A stretch of 64,000 nt of DNA from Malacoraja senta (lineage: Eukaryota), in NCBI GenBank assembly GCA_038087875.1, contig CM075991.1:12526001-12590000 (forward strand), in the 5' to 3' direction. Both the position numbers and the translations under genes were made by a program. The first letter of the stretch is position 1, and each line of letters starts with the position of its first letter. The notes beneath the pieces were generated by a model. The model saw only the letters and a list, made by a program, of their open reading frames with translations, did not search any database and was not told the origin of the DNA. Positions 1-12,695 of this stretch are shown here, piece after piece.

Positions 1-340
1 GGCCAGGGGGCGGGGCCGATGGGTCAGGGGCGGGGCGATGGTCAGGGGGCGGAGTCGATGGGCCAGGGGGCGGGGTCGAGGGGCCAGGGTCAAGATGGTT
101 AGGGGCGGGGCGGGGCGAGGGGACCAGGGGGCGGGACCGTTGGGTCCGGGGCGGGGCGATGGCCAGGAGGCGGAGTCCAGGGTTTAGGGGCGGGGCGAGG
201 GGACCAGGGGGCGGGACCGATGGGTCAGGGGCGGGGCGATGGTCAGGGGGCGGAGTCGAGGGGCCAGGGGGTGGTACCGATGGGTCAGGGGCGGGGCGAT
301 GGTCAGGAGGCGGAGTCCAGGGTTTAGGGGCGGGGCGAGG
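1..340 (+). promoter_or_regulatory. GC-box (Sp/KLF) tandem array upstream of PGAM2
   Basis: About 16 copies of GGGGCGGGG/GGGGCGGAG in ~20-bp units (ggtcaggggcggggcgat-like), ending directly at the TATA box; the array runs off the window start. Confidence 0.75.
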
Positions 341-341
341 G

Positions 342-348
342 TATATAT
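342..348 (+). promoter_or_regulatory. TATA box of PGAM2
   Basis: TATATAT in a GC-rich context, ~95 nt upstream of the ATG at 439. Confidence 0.7.
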
Positions 349-438
349 GGGGCCGCGGTGAGCGGGAGCCGCCATTCCCGGGCCTGTCACCGTCGCCACA
401 GCAACCGCAGCCTGCCTGGATTTCGCGGCGCCCCGGCC

Positions 439-852
439 ATGGCGTGCTACAAGCTGGTGATCGTGCGCCACGGCGAGAGCACCTGGAACCAGGAGAACCG
501 CTTCTGCGGCTGGTTCGACGCGGAGCTGAGCGAGAAGGGGCTGTGCGAGGCGAAGCGCGGCGCCGAGGCGCTGAGGGACGCCGGCTACCAGTTCGATTTG
601 TGCTTCACGTCGGTGCTGAAGCGCGCCATCCGCACCCTGTGGCTCATCCTCGACACCACCGACCAGATGTGGCTGCCCGTCACCCGCACCTGGCGCCTCA
701 ACGAGCGGCACTACGGCGGCCTGACCGGCCTGAACAAGGCCGAGACCGCCGCCAAACACGGGGAGGCCCAGGTGAAGATCTGGCGCCGATCCTTCGACAC
801 CCCGCCGCCCCCCATGGACGAGCAGCACCCCTACTACACCACCATCAGCAAG
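439..852 (+). CDS. PGAM2: Phosphoglycerate mutase 2 (muscle type), coding exon 1
   Basis: gccATGg Kozak; [28 protein letters not shown]... with the RHG phospho-His motif and LNERHYG; 414 nt ending at AAG|GTGGGT. There is no intron in the first 138 codons, which fits the 3-exon PGAM2 layout rather than the 4-exon PGAM1 layout. Confidence 0.92.
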
Positions 853-1639
853 GTGGGTGCGGGGCAGGGGGGGGTGAGGGGGGGGAGTGAACCCCTGGGC
901 TGGGGGTGCAATAATGGGGAATTACCCCCTGGATCACTAGCTAGCTGGGTGGGGGTGGGATTCACCCCATATCTGTGGGTTGGTGTCACCTCTAGACTAT
1001 GTAGGTGGAGGACGACGGGCGACCCCACCCCCCCCCCCCCCCCAATGTGGCCACTTGAGCCAGTGTAGCTCGCTGCCCCTTCACAAAATGTCCGACCTCT
1101 GCTCATTGATCATTGCTCTCGTCTTCAATCCTGGAGCATATTTGTACTTCAACATCATGCACACAACACGACTGCATCTGTGTGGTGAGCAGACATTTCC
1201 TTATGTATCTATCTCTGCATCTCTCCGCCTCCCGCAGTGAGACGTGCAGTTCCTCACGTTGCTCTTCTGGTCCCCTCCCTCTTCATTGAGTACATGTCAT
1301 GGACAATTTACAGCACCGTATTCTCTGAATTACTCATTCTCTGACCGCACCTCTCTGCCATTTGACGCATTGCCTGAAACCGGGTCGCTAGAAGTGTGCT
1401 CGGCCATGCCGAGACTGGGAATTTGAGCTGAGAATTTTTCATTTCTAGTCTTGCCTCTGTCCCCATTAACATGTTCCCTTGCGATGCTTAAACAAAGGTC
1501 GTGAAAGTGTCTCAACATTTTCACAGCCACATCTGTTAAAGATGCAACGAGGCTATATTTAAACACCTCGTCCACTAAAATGACCATCAATAATAGTATA
1601 AAAGTTAATGCAAACAATGATGTTTGGATGCGCTGGATG

Positions 1640-1803
1640 CTTTCAAGAGAGAGCAAGATAGGGCTCTTAAAGATAGCGGAGTCGGGGGATATGGGGAGAA
1701 GGCAGGAACGGGGTACTGATTGGGGATGATCAGCCATGATCACATTGAATGGCGGTGCTGGCTCGAAGGGCCGAATGGCCTACTCCTACACCTATTGTCT
1801 ATT
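1640..1803 (+). mobile_element. CR1-clade LINE 3' end fragment
   Basis: ...gatgatcagccatgatcacattgaatggcggtgctggctcgaagggccgaatggcctactcct..., the 3' UTR shared with the longer CR1 copies. Confidence 0.8.
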
Positions 1804-2087
1804 GATGGGTGTTTGGTTGGTTGCTTCTGTCTGGTACCTACATTAATCTCTGAAGCCGAATCACAAACAAATATGGTTCTTGCAATGCCTTTTATGGTCA
1901 ATTGCTGAATGGAAATTGACTTGTCGCTTTCCTACATTATAACGTGACTGCACTTCAGAAGGTATTTAAACCATTAAAAGTGTAAAACCAACAAAGTGTC
2001 TTGAGAGTGCGAACTCAAAACTTGTATCTTGTGATATGCCAATTATCTTGGAACATATTGAACTGTGCTGCGAATGTTTAATCACAG

Positions 2088-2268
2088 GCTCGGCGCTATG
2101 AAGGACTAAAGTCTTGTGAGCTGCCGACCTGCGAGAGTCTTAAGGATACAATTGCACGAGCCCTGCCTTTCTGGAATGAAGTGATTGCACCGCAGATCAA
2201 GGCAGGAAAGCGCGTCCTGATCGCGGCCCATGGGAACAGTCTGCGTGGTATAGTCAAGCACCTAGAGG
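2088..2268 (+). CDS. PGAM2: PGAM2 coding exon 2
   Basis: cacAG|GCT...GAG G|GTAAG; 181 nt; [60 protein letters not shown]; phase 0 to phase 1. Confidence 0.95.
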
Positions 2269-2377
2269 GTAAGGGATAACCTGCGTGTGTGTGCTTGCAA
2301 AATAACCCGCGTGTGCTTGCAAAGAGCTGTGCTGAGCTGGTTTCAATGCTAGAGATTCCAGAACTCGTTTTGTACTT

Positions 2378-2500
2378 TTAGTAGCAATCTCGCCTTTGAG
2401 TTGGATGGTCCCACGTGTGAGATGAGTCCAGTGGACCAGGCTGTTGCTTTGATGCAGCAGTGAGGGAGGACAATGCTATCTGAGGGCTGCTCAATAAATC
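2378..2500 (+). mobile_element. Old degenerate SINE remnant (SacSINE/DeuSINE-like head)
   Basis: gtagcaatctcgcctttgagt...aggctg...tgcagcagtgaggg resembles my recollection of the shark DeuSINE head; tail-like remnants at ~1900-1970 and ~9300-9365. Confidence 0.35.
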
Positions 2501-4036
2501 AGTGGTTCTTTGGTGTGTATTTCCGCAGAGTGAGCAGTTCTTTGTTCTGACCTTTCTTTATGCGGCAGCTTGAGCAGTAGCACATTAGAGTTGAGAGCAA
2601 GCATCATTGTCTGAATGGTCATTAAGTTTTGGAGGCAAGATGATGCTTTACCTTGTCAGCCCCCTAAGGTGCAGCAGCTCTGCTGCAAGTGATCATTTTT
2701 GCAGTCTTGATAATTTAGCACAGATCACCAATCCAGACAGATACAAAATGCTGGAGCAACTCAGCGGGACAGGCATCATCCCTGAATAGATGAGGAAGAC
2801 TCAGTCTGAAGAAGAATCTCGACCCGAAACGTCACCCATTTTTAAAATATCCAAAGATCTGCCTCCTGCTTTAGAACTTCCAGCTCACACATGCTATTGC
2901 CAGTCATGAAATACTATGGGCCATTTACATAAGGTCATTTACAGGCAGGGTGAGGTCCCATCGTATCAAATGTTCAGATATTATGTAGCCTTCTCTGCAG
3001 GGGCAGCTTGGGAAGGTATTGCTTACCGTTGACCTTTGAAGGGCAGTTAGCTGAGCTAGGAGAGACTTCATTCCCATCCAGGGTCAGTCAGTTTTGGAGC
3101 TGCCTACAAAGCCGCCAGGCAGAAGTCTTGCAGTCACCCCATCTGTTCCAATGGTTTAATGTTCAGAGTTCAATGTGCTTGTTTGCAGCCAGCAGGAGTC
3201 GCATCAAAAGGCTTTTGAGTATATGACATGGTCAACATGAAGATCACTATTTCTCTGCTCGTTGCATAATCTGTCTTTCAATCAACGCTTATTTAAACAT
3301 AATCTGTCTTTCAATCAACGCTCAATCCAGCATATGCAGTTCCTTCTTTAACACCTTATTTAAACTGGCCCAGTCCAAGAATAAAGGAACGCTGCAGTTA
3401 GGATTTATTAACTGAGTTTAGTAAATCATTTAACCAGACGTGACTTTTAAACCCTATGTCTAACTAATTTCACCGTTTCCTAATGACTAGATTATTTGAT
3501 GTGCAAGTTCTTCTCTTAACTAATGATACATTACCCATTATGAGTTTTATTGAGGGAAAAGCCTCCACTGGGCTGAAACAAAATAAGAACTGCAGATGGC
3601 GGTTTATGAAAATTGACACAAAATGCTGGAGTAATTCAGCCGGACTGGCGGCATCTCTGGAGAGAAGCAATGGGTGATGTTTTGGGTCGAGACCCTCCTT
3701 CAGACCGAGTCAGTTGAAGAGCCGTGGCAAACATTAGGATGCTTGACCGTGTCTGCTTTTCTGACTTTTGTTGCCCACACCGTATCATGAATCAGTGAAT
3801 GCTGCTGAGAATCCTAGATGTGGGTGAGGGCAGGATGCTTTCTGTGGCTGAAGTGCCTGCAAAAACTCCACATCCTTCACCCACTTGTAAAGAATGTGTG
3901 TGAAGTTCAGCACTGGTGGAGTGGGAGAGCACACCCCTTGGGAAGGACAAGGATGCTTGGAATGTTTGATAAAATATCTTCCACTACAAAATACCGCAAG
4001 ACTTTAGCCGTTTCCTCCACATTGGAACATCCTAAT

Positions 4037-4258
4037 GGCTGGCACAGTGGTGCTATTGCCAGATACTCTGGTTCTATCTGTGTGGAGTTTGCACATTCTC
4101 CTCATGACCGTGTGGGTTTTCTCCAGTTTCTTCCCACACTCCAAAGACGCACAGGTTTGTAGGTTAATTGGCTTGGTTCAATTGTAAATTGTCCCTAGTA
4201 TGTGTAGGATAATGTCAGTGTGCAGGATCGCTGGACAGTGCGAACATGGTGGGCCAAA
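4037..4258 (+). mobile_element. HE1/V-SINE-like tRNA-derived SINE, degenerate
   Basis: V-domain-like tgtggagtttgcacattctc...gtgggttttctcc and the shared body ggttaattggcttgg...tgtccctag. Confidence 0.75.
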
Positions 4259-5129
4259 TTCCGTAGAGTTGGGAGGGCAGAGGTTTGCACTGGTACTCTA
4301 GCGTTGTCAGTAATGCATCTCCACAATGTCCCCTTCGCACCAATTGCATGGATCTCGTGCCTGCCTGGGAAAACATCTGAGCATTAAGCAAGGTACCAGT
4401 GTATATGGCGGATTCATATCAGCCAGGCCTCTGCATTAACTCCCTTGCTCCTTATAATAGTACAGTGGGATATTTAGTGCCTGCCTAACAAAGTACAATT
4501 GGTCTGCGTTTGTTGTCTCGTCTGAAAGATGGTCACACTCCTGCATTATATGCTGTACAATGCAAGTTACACTGGCCTGGGCTGACCCAGGGCAGGAGGG
4601 CTCGGCCCAGCTGTACTGTGGTTCCATCCCTGGAAAGTGGGAGGACATATGTGACAACGGCCCAACCTCCATCTTGTTCCTCACTTGCACCTGCAGTGCC
4701 CAAGTACACCATCTGAAGGGCCCTCACCCGAAACACCACCTATCCATGTTCGGCTGACCCGTGGAGTTACTCCAGCACTTTGTCTTTTTTTTTGGTCAAC
4801 CAGCAACTGCAGTTCCTTGTGTCAAATGTCAAAGCTTGTTCAGTTCATGTATCTTGTTTCATATGGAACGCTGTTGGGCATCGCTCATTTTTTGTGAGGT
4901 GAAGTTTGAGGGGCAGGGTGCTATAAATGTCACTGTAGCCTTTTCCCTCCTTCGCTCCTGACCCTGCAGCAGTGGATGCTAAAAATACACAGCAGAAGTT
5001 GACAGACCAGACTGTAACTGGAGAGCAGAGCCCTGCTTCATAAAGGTCGGGGCCTGTGGCAGAGAACTTTGCTGGAACTCTCTGAGCACTGGTGGGGGTT
5101 GAATTAACTGAGATTATACAGATTGATGC

Positions 5130-5390
5130 TTTAGACTTGAGATACAGCACTAGCTATTACCCTGTGCACTAGCAGTATCCTACGCACTAGGGACAAATTA
5201 CAATTTTACTGAAGCCAATTAACCTACAAACCTGCACGTCTTTGGGTTGTGGGAAGAAACCAGTGGAGAAAACCCACATGGTCACAGGGAGAACATGCAA
5301 ACTCCGTACAAACTGTACCCGTATTCAGGATTGAACCCTGGTCTCTGGTGCTGCAAGGTAGCAACTCTACCGCTGTGCCACTGTACTGCC
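5130..5390 (-). mobile_element. HE1/V-SINE-like SINE
   Basis: Reverse complement of the same family: tRNA-like head GGCAGTACAGTGGCACAGCGGTAGAGTTGC, B-box-like GGGTTCAATCC, V-domain. Confidence 0.8.
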
Positions 5391-6471
5391 CTAAACTGGA
5401 AATGTACAGAAGGCTTGGAAAGCAGCTTTTGCAGCTTCCCAAATAATTGATTTCCTGGAAGAAGATAGCAAAAGTGCATTACCCATATCAAGTCTGGTAC
5501 GTCATTTAATTGACAGAAAAAATGCACATACCAACTTTGCTGCCAATATCCTCCCCACCTCCGTGTGCATTAGAACCTTGTTTGTATTAAATTTGCTTTT
5601 TTTTAACCCTGATCTCTACTGTTAACATACTTTAAATTAGTTTTCAGTAACATTTTAGTATTAGCCTGCACCCCACCTTGTATGTTAATGATACGGGCCA
5701 AAATCAGACAGGATTTTCCAATTCTGATCATGAAGCAGCCCAGACAATGGGGAAAGTTTCAACTAGATTTCTGTTGGGGCCACAACTAGTTAATAGTCAT
5801 CAGCTTGAATCAGCTCAGTGATGAACAGCAGCTGTTTTCAGTGCCTTCTGGGAAGAAAGAATGTCATGAAGTTGGCTGGAATAAGCTTGGATAGGTTGGT
5901 GCTGTCCCTGGATGACCCACGCTGTTCCAGCTCGATTCCAATCCGCTACCTCTCGTCTTCCCACCCTCCACATATTCAGACTTGGCACCATTGTTTGTCT
6001 ACTCTACTTTCATTCGTTTCGACCTGAGGCTGTCCCTCCCTATCACTGGCGCTCCACTGACCATGTATTAAATCTTCCCCCCCCACCCCACCAAGCTGTC
6101 TAGCCAACTTCACCTGCCCTGCTTGTGTGGCAGTCCCTCCACCACCTCACCTGCTTCTCTTCCTGCACATCCTTTCTGCTGCTGCTTGTTTCGTCACTGC
6201 TGATAAACCCGTTCTTAATTTCTCTCATAGCCAATGTGTGCTGGCATCCATTTCCCTGTGTGTTTCTGCATATGATATCCATGCTCATTGAATGGAGTAC
6301 TGTATATAATGTAAGGGTTGTGTAGTAAAGATGAGTACAGCAGTTCATCGCGTGACACATTGCTTACCTCTGTCTCGGGGCAAAGGGGATGTGGCTGCAG
6401 AAGAGGATTTTGATTTAAGCGTTGTCACAGAACCTCGCGTCCTCTAAGTTTGTCACCGTTGGTCTTTCCAG

Positions 6472-6641
6472 GGTTGTCGGACGCTGCAATCATGGAGCTG
6501 AACCTACCGACCGGCATACCCATCGTGTACGAGCTGGATGCCAACCTGAAGCCCACCAAGCCCATGCAGTTCCTGGGAGACGAGGCGACAGTGAAGGCAG
6601 CCATGGAGGCCGTGGCAGCTCAGGGCAAGGTGAAGAAGTGA
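6472..6641 (+). CDS. PGAM2: PGAM2 coding exon 3
   Basis: tttcc[63 protein letters not shown]; spliced CDS 414+181+170=765 nt (254 aa). Confidence 0.95.
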
Positions 6642-6775
6642 ATCTGGGAGCCGAGCCTGCAACGACCTGCCTGGTACCGGTGCAGCCGGGCCTGAAGACA
6701 GCCGCGGCATCGGCAATGATTAACCATGTTTTTGTAAAGTCCTCCTGTATGCAGTTATTTATCACGAAATGTTAA

Positions 6776-6781
6776 ATTAAA
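6776..6781 (+). terminator. Candidate polyadenylation signal (ATTAAA) of PGAM2
   Basis: ATTAAA ~135 nt after the stop codon, with GT/T-rich sequence downstream. Confidence 0.5.
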
Positions 6782-7047
6782 TGTGAAAGTATTGGAACTA
6801 TCATCTGTGTTGATCATCCAAAACACCATACTGCTTGGTTGGAGGTAATGGTTTAATGTACATGTATAGTGAGTGAGTGCACCCTTTGTGGTTGGAGCCT
6901 CTTCTTCGCAGCAAGACGGGTGGGTCTGAGAAAGCCCCTTTGGTTCCATCATACAGTTGACCATGGGTTGGGCCCAAGGTATTAATTGTATAACTAATGT
7001 GGACGGAAGGTCATGTTCGTACACTAGGCCTTTGTACACTAGAAACT

Positions 7048-7813
7048 AGACTATTATCTAAATGGTGGCCGATTAGGAAAAGGGGAGATGCAGCGAGACC
7101 TGGGTGTCATGGTACACCAGTCATTGAAAGTAGGCATGCAGGTGCAGCAGGCAGTGAAGAAAGCCAATGGTATGTTAGCTTTCATAGCAAAAGGATTTGA
7201 GTATAGGAGCAGGGAGGTTCTACTGCAGTTGTACAGGGCCTTGGTGAGACCACACCTGGAGTATTGCGTGCAGTTTTGGTCTCCAAATCTGTGGAAGGAC
7301 ATTATTGCCATAGAGGGAGTACAGAGAAGGTTCACCAGACTGATTCTTGGGATGTCAGGACTTTCATATGATGAAAGACTGGATAGACTTTGCTTATACT
7401 CGCTAGAATTTAGGAAATTGAGAGGGGATCTTATAGAAACGTACAAAATTCTTATGGGGTTGGACAGGCTAGATGCAGGAAGATTGTTCCCGATGTTGGG
7501 GAAGTCCAGGACAAGGGGTCACAGTTTAAGGATAAGGGGGAAATCCTTTAAGACCGAGATGAGAAAAATCATTTTTCACACAGAGTGGTGAATCTCTGGA
7601 ACTCTCTGCCACAGAAGGTAGTTGAGGCCAGTTCATTGGCTATATTTAAGAGGGAGTTAGATGTGGCCCTTGTGGCTAAAGGGATCAGGGGGTATGGAGA
7701 GAAGGCAGGTACAGGATACTGAGTTGGATGATCAGCCATGATCATATTGAATGGCGGTGCAGGCTCGAAGGGCCGAATGGCCTACTCCTGCACCTATTTT
7801 CTATGTATCTATG
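7048..7813 (+). mobile_element. CR1-clade LINE (HER1-like), 5'-truncated, ORF2 C-terminus
   Basis: ORF 7088-7591 QRDLGVMVHQSLK...[19 protein letters not shown]...RGDLIETYKI...RTRGHSL; (TTTCTATG)n-like tail. Confidence 0.92.
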
Positions 7814-8538
7814 TGCTGTCTTGCCGGGCAGTGTACGCTATGATGCTGCTGTATCCAGTTGTTGACAAGAAGGCACACATTTATGGTGCCTGGCCCAAGG
7901 GATGGCATGTGGTGGTCTTTCCAACCAGAATGAGTGAGGGGTTTGTAGGTTAATTGTCCCTAGTGTGTAGGGTAGAGCTAGTGTACGAGGTGATCGCTGG
8001 TCGATGCAGATTCGATGGGTCGAAGGGCCTGTTTCCACAATGTATCTCTAGAATAAACTAAACGTTATGCTCTGTGGCAACAATAACAAGGCAAAGGAGG
8101 AAGCGGGTGTTAAAACAGTTGGAATAATGGGGGCACAAGGTGGAAATGTTCCTCATGAGATCAGGAAAAGGCAAGACAAGAACAATTAAAGGGAACATGA
8201 ATAAAGGAATTGGAGCAAATGATCTGTTTAGTCTGTTCTGCCCAAAGGGTGTTCACGCTAACACAGTTAAGTCAAATAAATAAATAAGTTTACTCGAACA
8301 AAATTAGTTTAAAACAATACAAAGTGGTGGAGTTACAGGATTCCAACGTCATGTGCACAGACAGACAGACAATGATAGGTGTAGAGGGGAGGGGGAGTAC
8401 CTCACTTCAGTCCCACCAACCATGCAGGGCACTGCAACAACCTCAAGGCAGGTTAACTGTAGGAATGTAGTCACAAATACAGATGCGGTTAATACACGCA
8501 GCGCTGCAGTAACTCGGGTCAAATGAAGGAATGTGTTT

Positions 8539-8672
8539 AAGAAGGAACTGCAGATGCTGGAAAATCAAAAGTAGATATAAAGGCTGGAGAAACTCAGCGG
8601 GTGAGGCAGCATCTATGGAGCGAAGGAAATATGTGACGTTGTGGGTCGAGACCCTTCTTCAGACTTCTTTGT
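8539..8672 (-). mobile_element. Penelope-like 3'-terminal fragment with degenerate hammerhead core
   Basis: Family terminus ...catctgcagttccttcttaaac; flanking direct repeat AGGAATGTGTTT at 8527-8538 and 8673-8684. Confidence 0.7.
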
Positions 8673-10804
8673 AGGAATGTGTTTGCTCAGTTTATCACAA
8701 CAGGAACAGTAGAACTGGTAAATGTGGACTGCTTTCATCACACCCACTCCAGGCAAGGATTGTATCCTAACGGAGAAGCATGTCACACAATGCTTAATTC
8801 ACTTAAACGGAGGGGCAGCACAATTACTGGTCAGATGTGCAGCTCCAAACAGTTAAAGTTTTTGATTTGCTGGATTCAGGGATGTCAGGCTCAGCTTAGC
8901 ATTTTTCACATTCAAGGTGCAGAGGAAAAGGTTTAATAGGAATCTGAGGGGTAGTTTTTCCACACAGAGGGTAGTGGGTGTATGGAACAAACTGCCAGAG
9001 GAGCTAGTTGAGGCTAGGACAGGCTTGGAGGGATATGGAGCAAGCGCAGGCAGGCGGGACATGTTGGGCTGAAGGGCCTGTTTCTACACTGTATCTCTCT
9101 AGACAATGATGCAGGCCCTTTGGCCCAACTTGTCCAAACTAACAAAGATGCCCCGTTTGCCAGTAAACCGTTTCTGTCCATGTACCTGTCTGGAGATGAA
9201 GGATCTGGCTCCAATGAAGGCGAGTGATTCAGTCAGGACTATGGCAGCTGATGGGACAGTGGGGGAGCATGGGGATGACCTGTCTGCGAGAGGCAGGCAT
9301 GCTGTCCCACACTACACACTAGTGACTGCGCTTCAAGGTAATTCATTAGCTGTCGAGCACTGGCATCTCAGTGGGCGGCATGGTGGTGCAGTGGTAGAGC
9401 CAATAAACCAAACTAAAAAAAACAGTGGAATTAGATCAACCTTCTTTCTGGATTCATCATTTGGAAGTGGACCCTTTGGCCCATTGAGTCCATGCCATCA
9501 ACCACCCATTTACACCCTTCCTACTCATTTCCTTTCTATTGTAGTGCAGCGGTAGAACTGCTGCCTCAGCACTGGAGATCCGGGTTCAATCCAGACTACG
9601 GGTGCGGTCTGTATGGAGTTTGTACGTTCTCCCAGTGACCACGTAGGTTTTCTCCGGGTACTCCAATTTACGCTCACATTTCAAATTGTCCCTGTTGTGT
9701 GGGATAGTGCTAGTGTACGGGGTGTTTGTCAGCGCAAACCAGCATCAACAGGCAACACAAAATGCTGGAGTAACTCCGCAGGCCAGGCAGCATGTTTAGA
9801 ATGGTTAGGTGACGTTTTGGGTCGGGACCCTTCCTCAGAACACACAGGCAGTTAGAATACCAAAGGAGTAATTCAAGTCGGGCAGCATCAATGGAGGCAG
9901 AGCGATGGTCGACATTTCAGGTGCAGAGTCCTGATGCAGGGTCTCGACCCAAAACATCACCTCTGCCATCACAGATGCTGCTTGACCCGCTGAGTTCCTC
10001 CAGTAGTTTGTTTGTCGCTCCAGATTCCAGCATCTGCAGTCTTGTCTCGGCAACTAGAAAGGCAGGTGCATCAAATGACAGGGAAAGCTCCTTAAATCTC
10101 TGCTGGAGAGCTGGTAATCAAACATTGTGATGTAGTGCATTGAATCATGAGCTGAATTAAATACCTTAGCTGTGTGAAGCATAGATCCCAGGGCAAGAGC
10201 CCCATCTCCTGGTGGGAAGTCAGTAATGTCATTAACTTGTGTAAGAAGGAACTGCAGATGCTGGTTTTAACCAAAGATAGGCACAAAAAGCTGGAGTAAC
10301 TCAGCGGGACAGGCAGCATCTCTGGAGAGAAGGAATAGGTCTCGGCCTGAAATGTCACTCAATCCTTCTCCCAGAGATGCTGCCTGGTCCTGCTGTGTTA
10401 CTCCAGCTTTGTATGTCTATGCCATTAACATGGTCAATACAGCAGGCACTGATGCAAGGTGTGTATAGAGTAGCGTTAATGTGCGGGGATCGCTGGTCGG
10501 TGCGGACTCGGTGGGCTGAAGGACTGTATCTTGCAACAAGTTTGGCATTTTATCCTAATCTGTTCTCCAGGTCAGGCTGTTCTCCTACTCCTTGCCCGTT
10601 TTAATAGCAACGTGCCCGCTATTAACCTGTGTCCCACCACCCTGAAGCCAGCAATAGAAGGCAAATAACCGGCAATACAGCAGGGAGAGGTCAGTCAGAT
10701 GCCACGTGCAGCGATATAGCCAGAAGGCACGTGGGCCTTAAAACACCTACCGCAGACAACTGCACCAACTTCTTCAGTGGAGAAGTCGTTACAAAATAAC
10801 AGGC

Positions 10805-10810
10805 TTTATT
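10805..10810 (-). terminator. Polyadenylation signal (AATAAA) of STARD7
   Basis: tttatt on + strand, ~560 nt past the STARD7 stop codon, at the end of unique 3' UTR-like sequence. Confidence 0.6.
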
Positions 10811-11368
10811 TCAAAATTCTTCACCCAATATGTGAACTGAAGGGTTCAGTGAAGTACAACAGCAACCTCGACCTTCTTGTGTTAATCAACCAATCCGTTT
10901 TAAAAAAGAGCAGAGCGAATATTTCCAGCACACGGTCACGGACGCGCAAACACACCGACACACGACAGGAGAACGCCCCCTTACCCCATCCCATCCCATC
11001 CATCCAGCATCAAATACAATCATCACCCCAACTGGATGCAGCAAGTTTGATCAGCGACTTAACCCTGACGTCGCAAACAGAAGGCGGGCTGTGACCCGGT
11101 CCTGACCTAGCTCTAACCTTCCACTACACAAGCGGTGGCTGTTAGTACGCGGCATCTTTGATACGTCAAGTGCAGCAGGCAACACAACTCCTTGCACCGT
11201 AGGTTGGTGAGTCTCTTCGCCCATCTCGCACCAGTGCTGCTCTCTGCTCTGACAAGCAGTCCGATTCCTGGAAGGCTGGTGGGCCCCCAGCAGGTGATGC
11301 ACCAAGGGTGCCTGGGGTGGTGGCACCTGGTGGCTGTGCCCGCCCCCGCCCCCGGCCGGGGCTGGGGA

Positions 11369-11544
11369 CTAGGCATAGTCCATCTGCTGCGAGTTGCAGC
11401 TACTGTCCTTGCGCTCAGAGTGCTGCAACTGCTTGGTCTCCATGCTCTCCGAGCTCCTCACGCTGATGTAGTCCTTAATCTTGATCTCCATGTTCTTCGC
11501 TCGGACCGCTGCCGCGTGAAGTTTATCCAGGAAGTCGGGCATCC
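11369..11544 (-). CDS. STARD7: STARD7 coding exon 8 (last)
   Basis: tttacAG|GG ATG; GMPDFLDKLHAAAVRAKNMEIKIKDYISVRSSESMETKQLQHSERKDSSCNSQQMDYA*; 176 nt. Confidence 0.93.
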
Positions 11545-11639
11545 CTGTAAAGGAACCGTCAGACATGGGTGGTGGGCGGGAGTGTCAAGGGAGGTTAATG
11601 GTCGCAAGCACTGGGAACTGAACAGTGATAATTTTACCC

Positions 11640-11852
11640 CGAAGATAGATACAAAACGCTGAAGTAACTCAGCGGGACAGGCAGCATCTCTGGAGAGAAG
11701 AAATGGGTGACGTTTTGGGTCGAGACCCTTCTTCAGACTTAAGGGATGGGTCTCAACCCAAAAAGTCACCATTCCTTCTCTCCAGAGATGCTGCCTGACC
11801 CGCTGAGTTACTCCAGCTTTTTGTGTCTATCTTCGGTTTAAACCAGCATTTG
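11640..11852. mobile_element. Palindromic Penelope-derived element
   Basis: Arms gaagatagatacaaaacgctgaagtaactcagcggg... and ...cccgctgagttactccagctttttgtgtctatcttc are reverse complements; centre at the hammerhead region. Confidence 0.75.
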
Positions 11853-12448
11853 CACAATTTTACTCTGTTCAGTTTAACATGCCTGTTAACACTCCCTCTT
11901 CTCCCCTCTCCCATCAGGCAAGAGGTACAGATGTGTGAAAACCCACACCTCCAGATTCAGGGGCAGTTTCATCTTGTCACCAACGAGTTTTGTTTAGCCC
12001 AGAATCTGCAGTCTCATGTCCAGAGTTAAACGGCTGCCTTTACTTCTTTAAAGTATCTTACAAATATTTCTGCTTACACCATAGTGCTCTGCATTGCCAA
12101 ATAATTGTAGAAGATGTTACATGTTGACTCTCAGTACGTCAGTGATGCTCCACTGGTCAGCAGTGGTTAAGGCACTATTGAGCCTGAAGTTCACACAGTG
12201 AGGCTAGTGCACCATGAAAGCCATGGCTGCAGCACAGACTGCAACAGTAGGGCTTTCACTTCTCTCCCCCACCCCACAGGCACACTCCTAGCTAGAGGAA
12301 ACAAGCTTGATGACTCAACTAGACTTGCCACTGCTGGCTACTGAGAGCCTGCTGTGTGTGTGCGCTGATAGAGAGAGATAGCTCACCCCTGCCTCACCAG
12401 ACTGTGACAAACGACCAGAGAGTTTCTCACTACAGTGGCCAGTTTGGT

Positions 12449-12695
12449 GTCAGGCCTGTTACATCGGCCCCCGTAGCGGCGACTGTGGAGGCCTCAATAG
12501 GCCCGACTATGGGTGGACAAGGGGTTGGGGACTGGACTGTGTGCCTTCCCTCACAGTGGCAACCATTGTGGGGGGATGTTTTTATGTTCATTGTTAAATT
12601 CCTTTATAATGTTATGTGGTATTCTTATTAATGTGCTGCAATGGCAACTTGAATTTCACTGCACCAAGTTGGTGTATGTGACAAATGAACCTTTG
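12449..12695 (+). mobile_element. Non-autonomous retroelement with Rex1-like 3' tail
   Basis: Body shared with 50870-51074 (-) and 59410-59710 (-); tail aatttcactgcaccaagttggtgtatgtgacaaat. Confidence 0.55.

Noticed and set aside
159..890. Long ORFs 159-890(+) and 184-828(-), and the N-terminal extension of ORF 358-1068
   Set aside because: Stop-poor GC-rich repeat and alternative frames of PGAM2 exon 1; the real start is the Kozak ATG at 439 and the frame after 852 is intron
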